A stretch of DNA of 64,000 nucleotides, from assembly GCA_020891255.1 (NCBI GenBank), contig BQFW01000003.1:1240001-1304000 (forward strand), read 5' to 3'. The DNA comes from Entomortierella parvispora E1425. Lineage: Eukaryota > Fungi > Mortierellomycota. This document shows positions 10,421 through 24,012 of the stretch, one piece after another. Under the pieces are notes generated by a model, which made no database searches, had not been told where the DNA came from, and was given only the letters and a program-made list of their open reading frames with translations. Numbering within the stretch: the stretch's first letter is position 1; each line of letters opens with the position of its first letter. A program made the position numbers and the translations under genes.

Positions 10421-10452
<32 letters not shown>
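10421..10452. repeat. (CT)n microsatellite upstream of VNX1
   Basis: Seen directly in the sequence. Confidence 0.9.
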
Positions 10453-10454
<2 letters not shown>

Positions 10455-10547
10455 GACTACTGCTGCTGGCGCCTTCCTTTGTTCCCTCCATCTCTCTATC
10501 CTTGTTCTTGTTCATTCTTGTAATTTATACTTGTCTGTTGTAAGCAA

Positions 10548-13500
10548 ATGTCCCATTCCACCCCCGCCAGCAAGAGCGACGACCTCGAGCAGCTGCACCT
10601 CACAGAAGAGGCCCTTGCAGCCTCGCCCGATAACGACAATGACAATGACAATGACATCGACATTGCCCGCCCTCCTCCTCATTCCCACAGAGACCCTCGA
10701 CGGGTCTCCATCAACTCACTAAACTCCAATGCCTCCACCTCCACCATCAAGAACCGGCCTCAGGAACAGCACCATGGGGCCGGCATTGGAAGTTCAAGCG
10801 CAGGACCCAACTCCCGTTCAAGTGGGGCAAGGCCTACCTCTGGTGGGTCGACCTCGCATGCTGCAGCTTTGAAACGACCCAAGCCCTCCTACAGACACTC
10901 TTCGACCTTTCTGAACACCGACACTCTTACCCCAGGAAGTCGCCGTCGGAGAGCCGGGACTGGTTCGGACAGACGACCAGGATCCAGCAGATCGTCTCTC
11001 CGACAAAAGAATCGCTCCTCAGAGGACGAAGATGACGACGACTACTATGCCGGTGAAGCAGAGGACTACTTTGCGGATGCACGATCACACAACTCACGGA
11101 TGCGTCGGCCGTCCAGGAGATCAGTTCTGGATCACGATCGCAGGTCACTGGAGGACCGCGAGCAGTACAGCGATCGCTCTGGAGGCGAGGACGATGATGA
11201 CGATGATGACGATGGGAGTGACAACGAGCCACTGACGCTCAAAGACCGACAAGAGGTAACAACGAACGGTCATCATCGAACTGTGTCGGGTGTGCCGTGC
11301 ATGCATGCAGAGCGTGCCCCTGCACATCCCCTTTTGGGTCATCCTGGTCCGACTGCGAATCCTAATTTCGTCTCTTTCCCTCGTGATACGCTATTGTAGA
11401 CTCTCAATCAAACACACCCTTTCGGTCTGCCGCTCTGGAAGCCAGCTCTGTACAAAAAGTCAAGATCCGTCATCAGGAAGGCAAACTCAGCGCTGCACTC
11501 TCAACCTTCGTCCGATCTGTACCTGTCATTCGGAAACGTTCTCTGGACACTCATCTTTGGCTGGTGGCTGTCCCTCGTCTGCCTCTTGATCTCGATTGTT
11601 CTCTTTCTGACGCCATTCGGAGGACGCGCCTATGGACGGGTTGTTCTTGGCCTGAGCTACTATCTCCTTTGGCCCTTTGGACAGTACGTGGAGCGGGAGC
11701 TGTCTCCAGGAGAACTGAAGACTGACCACTGGTATTCAGGCGCATCCCCGTCTGAAAGCAATGGAAATGGCGACGAATCTCGTCCACTGCTCTCCAGGAC
11801 CAGCTCCATTATCGAGCGTGAGCGAAAGGCAGATAAGCGCCGTCGATGCATCCAGTCGCTCAGGAATCTCCCTCGCCACATCTACCATCTGGGACTTGGT
11901 GGCATTGTTTACTACATGTTCTACTACCTCTTGATCGGTAAGATCCTTTTTGGCAGATCCCGCTTCTTTATGTCAGCAAAATGTCGCAATGGTGCATCAA
12001 GGGTATCATTGCTGACATACCAAGCTTAAAATTGATCTCCGCCTGTGATTCTCAACTTTTTTTTTCCTTCGCCTTACCTGGTCTCTTTAGGTCCTCTCCA
12101 TTTGTTTGTGTCGTCACTGTGCTGGTTCATGGTCGTCTCGATCCCCATGGGCAAGTTCACGTACGTGTTGGCGACTCATATGCATCGACACCCACTCCGA
12201 CTCAACTTTAAGCGCGGCAGCTCGTTGTCACTCTCACCCCAGCGTTCGGAGATCCTTCTCTGCACCTATGATGCGATTGGATTCCAGTACTACAAGTATA
12301 CCTATGACGGCACCAACATCATCTTTATCAACTTGATGCCTGTTGTCCTTTTCACCATTCTGGATGATTATGTCCTCACGCACTTCCTTGGACACGACTC
12401 GATTTTGACCAAACCCGCTGTGATCTTTTCACTCGGTCTAACGTCAGTTATCCCACTGTCGTACTTTATTGGAATGGCGGTTTCGTCCATCTCTGCTCAG
12501 TCCTCACTGGGTATGGGAGCCGTGATCAACGCTACATTCGGATCGATTATTGAAATTATCCTCTACTCTGTGGCATTGACCCAGGGCAAGGGCTTGATCA
12601 CGGAGGGAGCCCTCATTGGAAGTTTCCTTGCTGGACTGTTGCTGATGCCGGGACTGAGTATGATGAGTGGCGCCGTCAAGAAAAAGGAGCAGCGGTTTAA
12701 TGCCAAGAGTGCAGGTATGTGTCGCTCTGCTGTTGTATTACTGCCGCCAATGTTTTTACAAAAAAAAAAAAAAAAAATGTCAATCATGAGGGCAAATTCT
12801 AACCAAAGCGCGTGTTTCTTGCCATCCTAGGTGTCACTGCTACCATGCTGATCATGTCACTTATTGGAGTCTTGACGCCCACCCTCTTTTACTCTATTTA
12901 TGGTCGTGTAAGTGCCATGGGGTTGTATGAGATGTTTGGCATCCGATTTCTACGCAGCGCCCCTAACAAATATCTTCCGAAACGTGCAATTGTCTTTTTT
13001 TTTTGTTCTGGATTGATCTAGTTTGAGCTTCGATGTACTCCTTGCCCCGAATCAGAGCCGTTGCCTTCCGGAGCGTCTTGCCAGAGATGTTATCAGCATC
13101 AGCCCAACCCAGCGGATGATGCATTCTTCCAGCGAAACGTCAAGCCTCTGATGTACTTTTGCTGCATCATCCTTCCTTCCGCCTACTTGGTCGGAATTTG
13201 GTTCTCGTTGAGGACACATGTGAAGCAGATCTGGCATGAACCTCAACAGCCTTCCATTCGGGACTCGTCCATCTACAGGAAATTGCTGCCCACGCATATT
13301 GTTCAGCAGTTGCTCCACTACGGGACCCATGCACCCTCGGCTGCAGCGCCCCAACGCCCGGCTGGTGCAGTCGGAGCAGATGCAGAGTTGGGACATGGTT
13401 CTGAATTTCCTCCCCTTACAACGCCAGGGGGTGGCGAGAGACGACCTCCTCACTCTGCACCTGCGGCCCACAGCGGTGCGAGCATCGGTGGTGGCGCTCC

Positions 13501-14249
13501 CAATGTGGCTCTGCATCCTGCCGCTCATGGACTCCTTTCCTCCTTGTCGATGGATCATGATTCTGTCAAGCATTATCATGACGATGACGAGGATGAAGAG
13601 CAGGGTGGTCATGACTCACCCAACTGGTCAAAGGCCAAGAGCGCAACGGTCCTTTTGGGATGCACTGTTCTCTACTCCATCATTGCAGGTAAGGAAAAAA
13701 ACAATTGATATTTCTGATCTATGCCGTATCGTGTTGGCCCTATTTTACTTGTCTAGATCCCTAACATTTCGAATTGTGTGGACTGTTTGACTCTTAGAAA
13801 TCTTGGTGGACAGTGTGGATGCAGTGTCATCGATTGACGAGAAGCTGTTGGGCTTGACCTTGTTTGCTCTTGTGCCGAACGTGACCGAGTTTATGAACGC
13901 CATCTCGTTCGCCATGTACGGCAACATTGCGTTGTCCATGGAGATTGGATCGGCCTATGCTCTTCAAGTCTGTTTGATCCAGATCCCGGCCATGGTGGCC
14001 ATTTCTGCCTGGTTGAACTTTGGCAAGGAGCAGATCTGGAAGTTTACGTTCAACTTGATCTTCCCGCGCTGGGATGTCATGTCCATGTTGTTCTCTGTCT
14101 TCCTGCTGACGTATACCTACATTGAGGGCAAGTCCAATTACTTCAAGGGATCGATTCTGATCCTCAGTTACCTGGTTCTGATGGCCGGGTTCGTCTATGC
14201 CCCAGATTCTCCAGGAAATGGGGATGTTAGCTTTACGATGTCTCCATAG
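10548..14249 (+). CDS. VNX1: Vacuolar/ER cation/H+ exchanger, VNX1/CAX type II (acidic disordered N-terminus, YccF-like region, two Na_Ca_ex repeats); 6 exons
   Basis: TLNQTHPFGLPLWKPALYKKSRS, GNVLWTLIFGWW, GMAVSSISAQSSLGMGAVINATFGSIIE, PNVTEFMNAISFAMYGNIALSMEIGSAYALQ, EGKSNYFKGSIL. GT-AG introns start near 11257, 11938, 12716, 12908 and 13689. Confidence 0.93.
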
Positions 14250-14472
14250 AAACAAGAGTAAAACATATATTCTGATCTCTTTTTTGTCCACCCTTTTTTT
14301 TTAATTTTTTATTTTTTTTGACAAATTGATTTCGACACTTTTCTTGAGAGAGATGCTTACAATGTTTTATTGATTATGGATGTAATACAGAGGAATGAAA
14401 GAATTACAAAGGCATATAGGGTGATTGGGTAACAGGGAAGGAGGAGTCAACATCGCTGGGGGGATCAAATCA

Positions 14473-16561
14473 TCAATGGTGGTGTTCTGGTTCGCCAATA
14501 GTGGACAAGAGTGTACGTCTGTAATCGCCACTGGTCTCGCCCTTGACTCTGTCGCGCAAGGAGCGCCTGTACTTGAGGAGGTACGCCGCTTTGACAGAGT
14601 TCATGAAGGGCTGTGCTCTGTTCCTCACCAACAACCGTGTCAGCTGCTTGTCATCCGTACCCATGCCTTCCATGGACTTTTCCAAGTTCTTGGCAATGCA
14701 ATGTGCAGGGTTGTAGATCCAGTTGACTGTTTGTCCGAAGAGTCAGATGTGGGGGAGAACATGCGTTAGACGTTGAACCTTTCGAAATGCAAGGATACTT
14801 TTTTGAGAAAAACTCGAATACTTCTTACCGAGGTAACAAAGGGCAGTCTTGATCCAACCCGAGAACTCCTTCTTGATGACCTTTGTAAACTTTTTGCCGT
14901 ACCGGGACTGGTATTGTTGGAAAACGGCCCTCAGATGGGCGTCGGGTCGGTTGGTCAAGACATGAATAAAGTGCGACTCGTCCGTGCCTATGCGTCCCTC
15001 TCCTGCCTTGTACAAACTGTGCACATCCGCTTCAACGTTGTACTGATATTGTCCAAACTCATCGCGCGTTCCCTAGAAACAAAAAAAAAAAAAGAGGTGG
15101 AGAGATGACCATCCACGGTTGGGAGCAAAACATGAGTACAAAGAGCAAAGACGAGTAGCAAATCACAGATAGCCAACTGTCCATGTGAACAAAAACACCG
15201 AAAATGTCGACTTGTATCTTTTTGCTTCGCCTTTTACCTGGATGCAGATCGTCAACAGTTTCTCAAAGTATCCACTGACATCTCCTCGGACCACAGACTC
15301 CAAGTTTTTGTGGTAGCGGGCATAGTACATGTTCTTCAGCTGTGCCATGTCGGCATTTGATCGTCCGACTAGAATCTGAATCAGGCACTACAAAAAATTG
15401 ATTATTGAAAGACAAACGAGTTTGTTAGTTTTTTTTTTTTGAGCCGATGAGTGCGCAGTGACGCGGATGATGATTAATAACGATATCGCTTCGAGGTCTG
15501 TGGACAAGAACAAGAGTGCGCAACGCCAAGCCCGTGGTTTCCATTTTCTTTCATCGCTCCACTGCTGGCAAGATGAGCTTCTAATGGAATGATCCAGCTT
15601 TCCTTGGGGCTACTGCCTCCATAACAAAAGGTACAAAAAAAAAAAAAAAAAGAGAAAAAACTGCAGCCAAGGCGTAGAAATAAAAATAGAAAAAAGACGA
15701 CTCACCCGCTCATTCGTGCCTGCGCCAACCACTGCCTCATGAAGAAGCTCCGCGTCCAGAACAATGGGCGGGAGGATCAGATAGTGCAACGCCCGTCCGA
15801 AATGTCCACTTGTCTCCTTGTCCAGCACCTCGACCAGATCCCGTCCATAAAACTGCTTGTAGACCGAGGTAACGCTCGCCAAATGCTCAGAGGTTCTGCA
15901 GGCTGTGTGCGAAATGGTTGGTTGATAGAAGGTTTGAAGGAAAAAAAAAAAAAAAAAAAAAAAAAGAGTCAATCAGTCATCCTGGCAAGAAAACACGAGA
16001 TGAAACAGGATTGGGTTTCCTGGGCAATGGCAAAGGAGATGCCTGTTGTTTCCCACACACCCCTCTCAGACACCCCTTCACTTTACCGACAACACTAATG
16101 ACGCTCCTCTCATCGGTGCCGAATCCCTTGCATGCGCGATGAATCGTCTCTGCATCCTGCTGAGGCGTGGGGACAGGTCCTCCTGTTCCTGGCGCAAAGT
16201 AGCTCTGTGGCTGCATCGGCATGGTTGGGGCGTGGGAGACGGGCATAGTGACAGCAGGCAGCACGCTGGGCATCATGGGAGCTGGGGGAGCAGGAGCAGG
16301 GTAGCCGTATGGGGCAGGAGGAGGAGGAGGCTGGTGCATGGGTGGTCCCTGCGGTTGCGGGTAGTAGCTGTAACCCGGGGCGCCGATGGGGGCTGAACCG
16401 GGGGGTGGTCCCTGAGGTGGGTAGTACCCCTGTTGCTGAGGGTGAGGTGGGGGCTGCTGCTGCATGACAGGGTATCCAGGAATGGGGGCACCGGCAGCGT
16501 ACTGCTGCTGGGGAGGATAGGGATAGCCGTATCCACCCTGAGCAGGGGGGTAGTAGGACAT
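14473..16561 (-). CDS. Annexin with a Pro/Gly/Tyr/Gln-rich N-terminus (annexin A7/A11-like architecture); multi-exon
   Basis: Four annexin repeats: ACKGFGTDE, AVVGAGTNE, AGEGRIGTDE, MEGMGTDD, plus ETSGHF, DVSGYF, EFSGWI and ETSGDY. ATG at 16561 starts MSYYPPAQGGYGYP. Confidence 0.95.
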
Positions 16562-16916
16562 GGGGGAAGAAAGGGGATGGAGAGAGAAAGGAGCAGGAAA
16601 GTGGCGGGAAGGGAAGAACGAAAGGAGGAAGAGACGAGAGAAGAAGGAAAGGAAAAGAGCGACTTTGGGCCTCCAGACAAGGGGGGCTGTGGCACAGAGA
16701 ATGACTCCGCCCCCATGATTATTTCTTCTTGGCGGGTCGAGGCCGTCTTTGCCTGCTCTTTGCTTGCTTGCGCATGGATCAATCTTGGCCCACATCTCTT
16801 TCCTTCTTGTCATTCTCTCGTCTCTTCTGTCTCTCCCTCTGTTTTCTTTTTCTCTTCTGAAAGCAAAAAGGAACGCAGGGATCAATCCAAACCGACTCTG
16901 CTAATCAACAGGCGCC

Positions 16917-18924
16917 ATGGCATCCCTCGCTCAGTCAGAGTCTCTGGACAGCTCCATTCGCAAACCTCGAACTCGCGCCACCTTGCATTCGCTTATTCAC
17001 AATCCATCCCAGGAACGTGACAGCGCCACCACAGACTCACAGTCACCCCGCGCCCACCCGCGCAAGAAGGCGCGCCACGAAGACCAAGATGACACGGAGA
17101 CGACTAGTGCGTCAAAAGGTACGTGACACGGTCTGTTGTTCAATGTGGTTTGTTCCCCCCTATCTACCTTGACAGGCTGAACTGATACTCTGATTGAACT
17201 GACTGACTGACTTTTTACGTGGCCTTGAATAGACGCCATGTTCAACAAAACTTGGAATCTCTACAGGACGACACCCTTTTTCCACCATGATCAAAGTCAA
17301 TACTCTATCTATGAGCAGGAGCTCTTGTCCTTTATCGCCGCCAACGCCGTCAATTTCGCATCTTCTGCGCTCAATCCACAGCCCGGCTCAGACACCTCTG
17401 CCTTGATCAACAGCAATCGCGCCTTCCCCGTACAAATTGATAGTGCTGGACACAATATCATCGAAACACTCGACCATCCTGGCGATATCAAGAGTGTTAC
17501 CTTTGAACGACTGATTCTGGAAGACCCAAAGGCGGACGAGGAACAGGGCCAGGATCAAAACCAGGATCAACATCCAGATCAGTCAAGGCGAGACCAACAT
17601 AAAGATTCGCTTCTCATCACACTCACAATAAGACCCAAAGGTAAAGAAAAACAAGACCGTCCAGCAGGAGACTTTGTATACAACGCCTCGAACAGGGGAT
17701 GAAAGGGCTACGGGGAAACATATTTCCTCCGGTCTTTTGTTGACGTTTTATTTATTCCTTCGAGTCTGACAATGCCCTCTCTTTTCAACACGATAGGCAA
17801 AGTAAAAGATCAAGTATATTACTGCGCCCTGATGTTGGACCGGACCCACGATAAGGATCGTCCTGCAGCTCGGTCGGGTAAACGAATACTCTGCACATGC
17901 AACGAAGAATGTCGTTTATGGAAGGAAATGAACATGGACATGGACTCAATTTTTCGCTTTTTTCTTTCTTCTCTTGTATTGTTTCGTCGCAGAGTTTACA
18001 CATTTCAACCTGGTCTTTCTCAAAACGTCGGCAGTCATTGGGCAATTGGTGCTGCAATGGCTTGAACGAAAGTTTGACTGTAGGATCTGTCGACTCTTGT
18101 TCCAGACGTTTGAATTGCGAAAGATTGTGGATTCGTCCTTGGAAGTCATGTACAAGCATGCAGAAGGAAGAGGTATAGACTTGATGAAAAAAAAAAATAC
18201 AAACGTTTTTTTGGTCCGCTGTGTAATTGGTCGTGGAAGCTAAAGTGGTTTTTTTCTTTCTTTGAATCAGCCGAAAAGAAGGGGCGATCGATAGAGTTGA
18301 CATACGCGCTTCCACCAGCGGCGACAGGATTGAAGACCATCACAGTATCACTACAACCGGATGAAGCAAGGCAGCTATTAATGAGGTAAAAAAAAAAGAA
18401 AAGAAAATCAAGTTGATCATTCTCCCCTACCCGACCTCACCCGGCTGGTCTTTTTTGGTCTGCAACCTTGCTCCTTTGAAATGTAACTGCGTTCTTTGAC
18501 ATTCTGACTTTGACACGCCTTGCCTCCCCTCTCTTCTGAATTTGATCCGCAACCTCTTTTCATGTTCTCTTCCCAATAGTCGTCTCGAGCAGTCCAGGGC
18601 GGGAATTCTAGAAGGGTTGGAGGAGCACTTGTCACGGTCCATGAGGATCGACTTTGGTCGCATGGAACTCACGAGGGCTGGATGTACTGCTTGGTATATT
18701 GCTGGAGAAGGAAAAGCAAAGGTAAAAAAAAAAAAAAGGAGTACTGCGTGCTCGCTATCTGTCCTATCATCCTATCCATTGGAGATTGGCGATCTAATTA
18801 CTTCTTTTTTTTTTCTTTTCCTTTTGCCATCTCTGCGACACATCTTGTGTAGATATTTGAAGCCATTGAAGACCGGTACTCATTACTGGATCTCTTGCAG
18901 AGTATTGGCAGATGTGGTACATGA
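16917..18924 (+). CDS. CENPL: Kinetochore CCAN/Sim4 complex subunit CENP-L (Fta1); 6 exons
   Basis: NKTWNLYRTTPFF N-terminal motif, FTHFNLVFLK…QWLERKFDCRI, GLKTITVSL and C-terminal MELTRAGCTAWYIAGEGKAK. Splice joins keep the frame; last exon 18853-18924. Confidence 0.75.
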
Positions 18925-19334
18925 TTCTTGTCGTGCGCAATGGACAACATACATACCCCCACCCTTTCGGAATAAAGAAGTCGTGTGGTTCTGCAAATCA
19001 AACGTCATGTCTTATTTACGAAAGTCAAAAAAACCAGACCACTCGGACTATTTTTTTTTTTTGTTTGATGTCTGTGCCAAAGATTTATTTTCTCTTCTGA
19101 ACGGCCAACCATTGATGGATGGAGGGGAACAAGGGACAAGGGTTCGCTTCTAATCGATAAACAAAGAATGGAAGGTGTGGGGATCAAAGAAGGATGTGTG
19201 TGTGGGGGGGGGGGGGGGGGAGGGGGGATATGAACTCTAGATAAACAAAGGAACAAAGATAGATATGATCCCTTCATGGCTTGGAGCTTTTGACTAGTGG
19301 TCAACATCCCAGTTTTTCTGCGGACAGAGACCAC

Positions 19335-19365
<31 letters not shown>

Positions 19366-19527
19366 AAAGAAAAAAAGAAAAGAAAAAAAAGTGGATAAAA
19401 AAAAAAAAAAAAGGTGAAAAATGAGAGGGAAAAAAAAATACAGAAAAAAAAACTCGGCCATCAAGTTTCGGTGGGCAACAATGAATGGTCAAGAGTGAGA
19501 AAAAAGAAAAAAAAAGGAAAAGGAACC

Positions 19528-19993
19528 TTAAGCTGGATCGCGTGGGCCAAAGCCAAACACGCCAGTGCGGCCGCCATGCATGGGGGCTAGGAAGAGCCCA
19601 GGGGAACAAGGACGGCTGCCGTTGCGGCTGCTACTGTTGCTCGACGAAGAGGACGAGGGAAACATCAGCTCTGATAGTCTGGCAAACCCGGCATGAGCAA
19701 AATCAAACGAGAGATCATCGTCGATCCAGGCTAGATTTGAGGACCACAAGGGGCTGGGTGGCCTGGTCGTGACTGGAGGCGGCGGCGGAGCGTTGATCTT
19801 GCAAAGGTTGTTGAAATAGTTGGTGTTGTTGTAATAACAGTACTTGCTGTTGGTGTTGGTGTTGTTGTTGTTGCTGGTGTGGTCATAACGTTGGGAAGGT
19901 TGGGTGTAAAGAGTGGTGGCACAGTCATCATCGGGATCATCAGAGTGGGCGGGACGATAGACATAGTTGCGATCGACCCTAGCGGGTGGGTGG

Positions 19994-20025
<32 letters not shown>

Positions 20026-21504
20026 GCAGGTGGTAATGTTGCTGCTGGTGTGGTTACTGCTCACAACAGCAGAGGCGATATGACCACCCTGAGGGAGCTG
20101 AAGGTGCTCCTCCGCCTCCAACGAGATGTGACTGTCCGTCTCCACAACCGACACGGCCTCCTCAGACTCTACTGTAGGCTCTCCAAACTCCACCGGCAAC
20201 GAAAAGTCCATCTCGTCCTCCTCAATCATGTCGGACCAGGACTTCATCGATTGGCCAGAGGACATGGACCAACTAGAAGAACAAGAGCGGTGACCCTTAC
20301 GAGCACCATAGTCGTCCTCCATGCGGAACATTGAGCTCTCCTCGGTCTCTTGCGCCTCGTCCTGTTCTCCCTCCAAAGACTGACGCGACAAGGAATCCTG
20401 TCCTGAAGATCGAGAGGACGTCACAGAGGAGTCGTCGACGCTCATCTCAGAGTCGACACGGTCGTCATCACAACCGGTCCTCAAGTCCTTGGGATCGCGG
20501 TCGCCGAGAGAGTCCTCACAGACAATCTTGTCAACTCGTCGAATAAGCTCCAGGGCTTCAAAGCAGTCAGCTCGGTCGCTGGGGTCAACACACAGAACGC
20601 GTTTCAAGAAGAAAAGGGCGCTAGAAGAGAGCTCGGGGAACATCTCCTTCAACACCTCTGGGTTCTGGGCAAAGGCAGCAAATGTTGCATCGACATCTAC
20701 GCGAGAGAGCTTCCAAGGGTTGCGACCGAATCTCAAGTTCAAAAAGATGATACCCAGGGACCAGACATCTGACTTTGAAGGTGAGTAAGGGCGACGACCA
20801 GCCGAGGTGCGGGGTTGTTGCTCAGGAGCCATGTAGAACGAACTACCGCAGCCAAAGTCCGTCGAGACGCGTTCCTTGGTCGCCAAACCAAAGTCGGCCA
20901 ACTTGAGGGAGCCATCGCCGGCCACCAAGATGTTCTCGGGCTTGAGATCGCGATGGAAGACCTGGCGAGAGTGCGAGTGGGCCAAGGCAGAGATAATCTG
21001 GACCATGGCATCGAGTACAGAAGCGTCCGAGTGCACGTTCAAACAACGAGCGCCGACGGCACCTGGAGGGGCAAAGTCAACTCCAGAATCGTGCGCGGCC
21101 GCATGTTGGGACGTGATGGTGTCGTAGAGATCACCGCCAGAACAGTACTCCATGACCAGATAAAGCGAATCTTTGGTCTCGACGACCGACGACATGTCGA
21201 CGATGTGAGGGTGTTGCCCCTTCCTGGCAGACGAAAGCGAGAGATGAAGGTCGATTTCTTGACGTTGAAGGACCAACTGCGCGGGGTTGAGGCCCTTCTT
21301 GGACAGACACTTGATGGCCTTGTACTCGGGGAGGGTCCCGGGTGAGGTTGAGAGGGTCTTTGCGAGATAGATGCATCCATAGGTGCCATAGCCGAGGACG
21401 TCCACAATCTGATATGAAACGCGCTGGGTTCCGTCACGTAGAAGATCACCGATCCTCTCGCGGGCCCCGGTCACTGAATCGACAGCAGACAGTTGGATGT
21501 TCAT
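19528..21504 (-). CDS. Ser/Thr protein kinase, Ran1/Pat1 (Sks1/Vhs1/Ksp1) family; intronless, with a low-complexity poly-Asn C-terminus
   Basis: LGYGTYGCIYLA, AIKCL, HRDLKPENIL, DFGLAT, GCGSSFYMAPE, DVWSLGIIFLNLRFGRNPW (GRNPW is typical of this family). Confidence 0.93.
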
Positions 21505-23139
21505 CTTTTGAGCTTTGCTCGGGTTAAGTAAGAGAAAAAAGGAGATGGAGCACGCACGGCGACAAGAGAGATGCTTTTCTCAGGAGAGAGCGATGGTCAG
21601 CTTGTGGTGGCGAACGTGTGTGAGTGAGTGAAAGAGAGAGCAGGAGGGGTAGGTATTGGATTGGATGACTCGACCAAGGCAGAATAGAAACGAGTATTCA
21701 GTCTGGGAGCAGCAAAAAGGAGGCGTTGTTGGAAGGTGGTGTTCGAAGAGAACAAGGCGAAAGAGTGAATTGGTTTTTGTACAGGCGAAAGATTGAAAAC
21801 ACGCAGCAGTGGCAGGCAGCGTTAAAGAAAAAAGAAAGAGTGGAGGCAGCGGCAATGGGTGGTGGAAGACCAAAGGTGCTGTCGTTTTTTTTTTGGGTGA
21901 AGATAAAGAGGGACAGAAATATTAAATACAGCGGTGGAGAAAGCAGGGCAAAAAATACAAGAGAAAAAGCAAAGGATTGACGGTAGAGGAAGAACAAGAG
22001 GAAGTGTCTGGCTGCGGGATCCTATTAGCCGACCAAGGGTTGCAATGCGGTTGTGATGGTATTTGAAGCTGGGGCAGTTGCAGAGACTGGAAGCTGGCTA
22101 GAGTTGGAGCTGGAGGCACGGAAGGTTTGTTCTTGTTCGGGGTAGGCGGGCAGGGCGAGGCAGTAGCAGGGAGTGCTTGCTGATTGAGCGAGAATTGACA
22201 GAGAGGAGTACGGCATAGTTTTTACAGAGGGAGGAGCGTCAACGAAGTTATTCTCGTGAAGAGAAGAAAGGCTGGAATCTGAGGACAGTTTAGACGGCCA
22301 TCGTTGCTTGCAGTAGGGGGAGTAAGTCGTTGGTATGGGTAATAAAAAAAAGGGAAAAGAAGAAAAGAGAAAAAAGAAAAAACAAGGACGAAAGAAAAGG
22401 GCCGGTCCAAGGAGACAGTCAGGGCAGGACGTTTGTTCTTTAGGGATGGTACGGATGAACAGACAGAGGGCAGTTCAGAGATGAGAGAGAATGGATGGAA
22501 TGGATGGATGAATGAATGGAAGGAAGGCAAGGATGAAAAAGGGGGGAGCGAAAAAGTGTGGGGCAAGAGAGGAAGGGCAAGGTAGGCAAGGAAAGAAAAT
22601 GAAATGGGATCCAGGACAGAGGACGGTAATAGAGCTCGAAGCTGTGCAGAGCAGAGCAGACACAGTACGATCGAGAGAGCGAAAGGAGCTTGTTGGTCAA
22701 TCAATGAAGCCCAAGGTCAGGTCAAGGATAAAGTCAGGAAGAGCAGCTCTGGGGTGTGTCTGAACTATTTGTGACATGGTTATAGAAGAGAGAGACATTG
22801 GCGTAAGTAAAAGAGGCAGCTCTGCTGGACGGAGAATTACAATGACTCTTGGGCAAAGCCCAGAAGGGATGTTCGGGGGAATAACGCAGTGGCAGGGATT
22901 GGGCGCTAGCAAGGTGGGGTCGGGGTTACAGAAGAGAAGAGAGGACGGCAGTTGGGAACAGTGCAACAGATGTAGTGCAACAAGCAAGAAAAGGACAGGA
23001 ACACAACACACACACCGAAAGAGAGCACGAAAGGTTGACAGGCTGGTTGACTGGTTGACAGGGCTGGTTGACAGGGCTGACTGGCTGTGTTTGGTCGAGG
23101 AGAATAAAAGATTGAGAAAGACCAAGGTCCAGGGGTAAA

Positions 23140-23425
23140 GAGCGAGAGAGAGAGGGAGAGAAAAGAGAGAGAGAAAAGAAAAGAAGAAAAGGTCGGCACG
23201 GAAGGAAGGAAGGAAGGAAGGAAGGAAGGAAGGAAGGAAGGAGAGGAAGGAGAGGAAGGAGAGGAAGGAGGGAGGGTGCGGAGGAGGAGAGTAGGAGGGA
23301 GGAAGAAGGAAAGAGACAAAGGAAGGAAGGAAGGAAGGAAGAGAAGAGAGAAGAGAGAAAAGAGAAAGAAAGAGATGCGACCCAGTCCGCCAGTCCGCCA
23401 GTCAGTCAGTCAGTCAGTCAGTCAA
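23140..23425. repeat. Compound microsatellite block: (GA)n, (GGAA)n, (GGAGAGGAA)n, (CAGT)n
   Basis: Seen directly in the sequence. Confidence 0.9.
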
Positions 23426-23973
23426 TCGGTGTGTGTCCCCATCTCTCGTCCTTCCATGCCTTTCCTTCCTTGGGAGGACTGGATGGCTGCATTTGTGCAT
23501 TTGTGCATTTGGCTGGACTGCAAACACACCACGAACAAAGCACGTCTTTTTTTCCCTCTCTTCGTTTTTCGGGTCTAACGCAATGGACAACACACGAACA
23601 TTGCTGGGTCGGGCGGGTCCTGCACCCACAGCATGCACCCAAGGCCCATCCACCACAACACAAACAACACACAAACAAAAACATTGGCTGTTTGATTCTC
23701 TCCGTTTCTCTCTCAGTCTTCTCTCTGCGTGTGTGTACGTGTGCGTGAATGGGGTGGGGTGAGAGCGTGTGTTTACAGTATCGATCTCTCTGTCCCCCCC
23801 TGTCCGCTCATTGCCTCTCCTCTCTTCTCCCCTGCCGCCATTTAATGACCATGTTCCCCCTCTTCGATCCCTCCTGACTTGAATTGTTTTTTGTGCGCTC
23901 TTGTTCTGCCCATCCTTGGGGTGGTTGTGCGGGTGAACATCACCCGTACATTACCGCACAATAAAGGAGAGCA

Positions 23974-23978
<5 letters not shown>

Positions 23979-24010
<32 letters not shown>
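23979..24010. repeat. (CA)n microsatellite
   Basis: Seen directly in the sequence. Confidence 0.9.
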
Positions 24011-24012
<2 letters not shown>

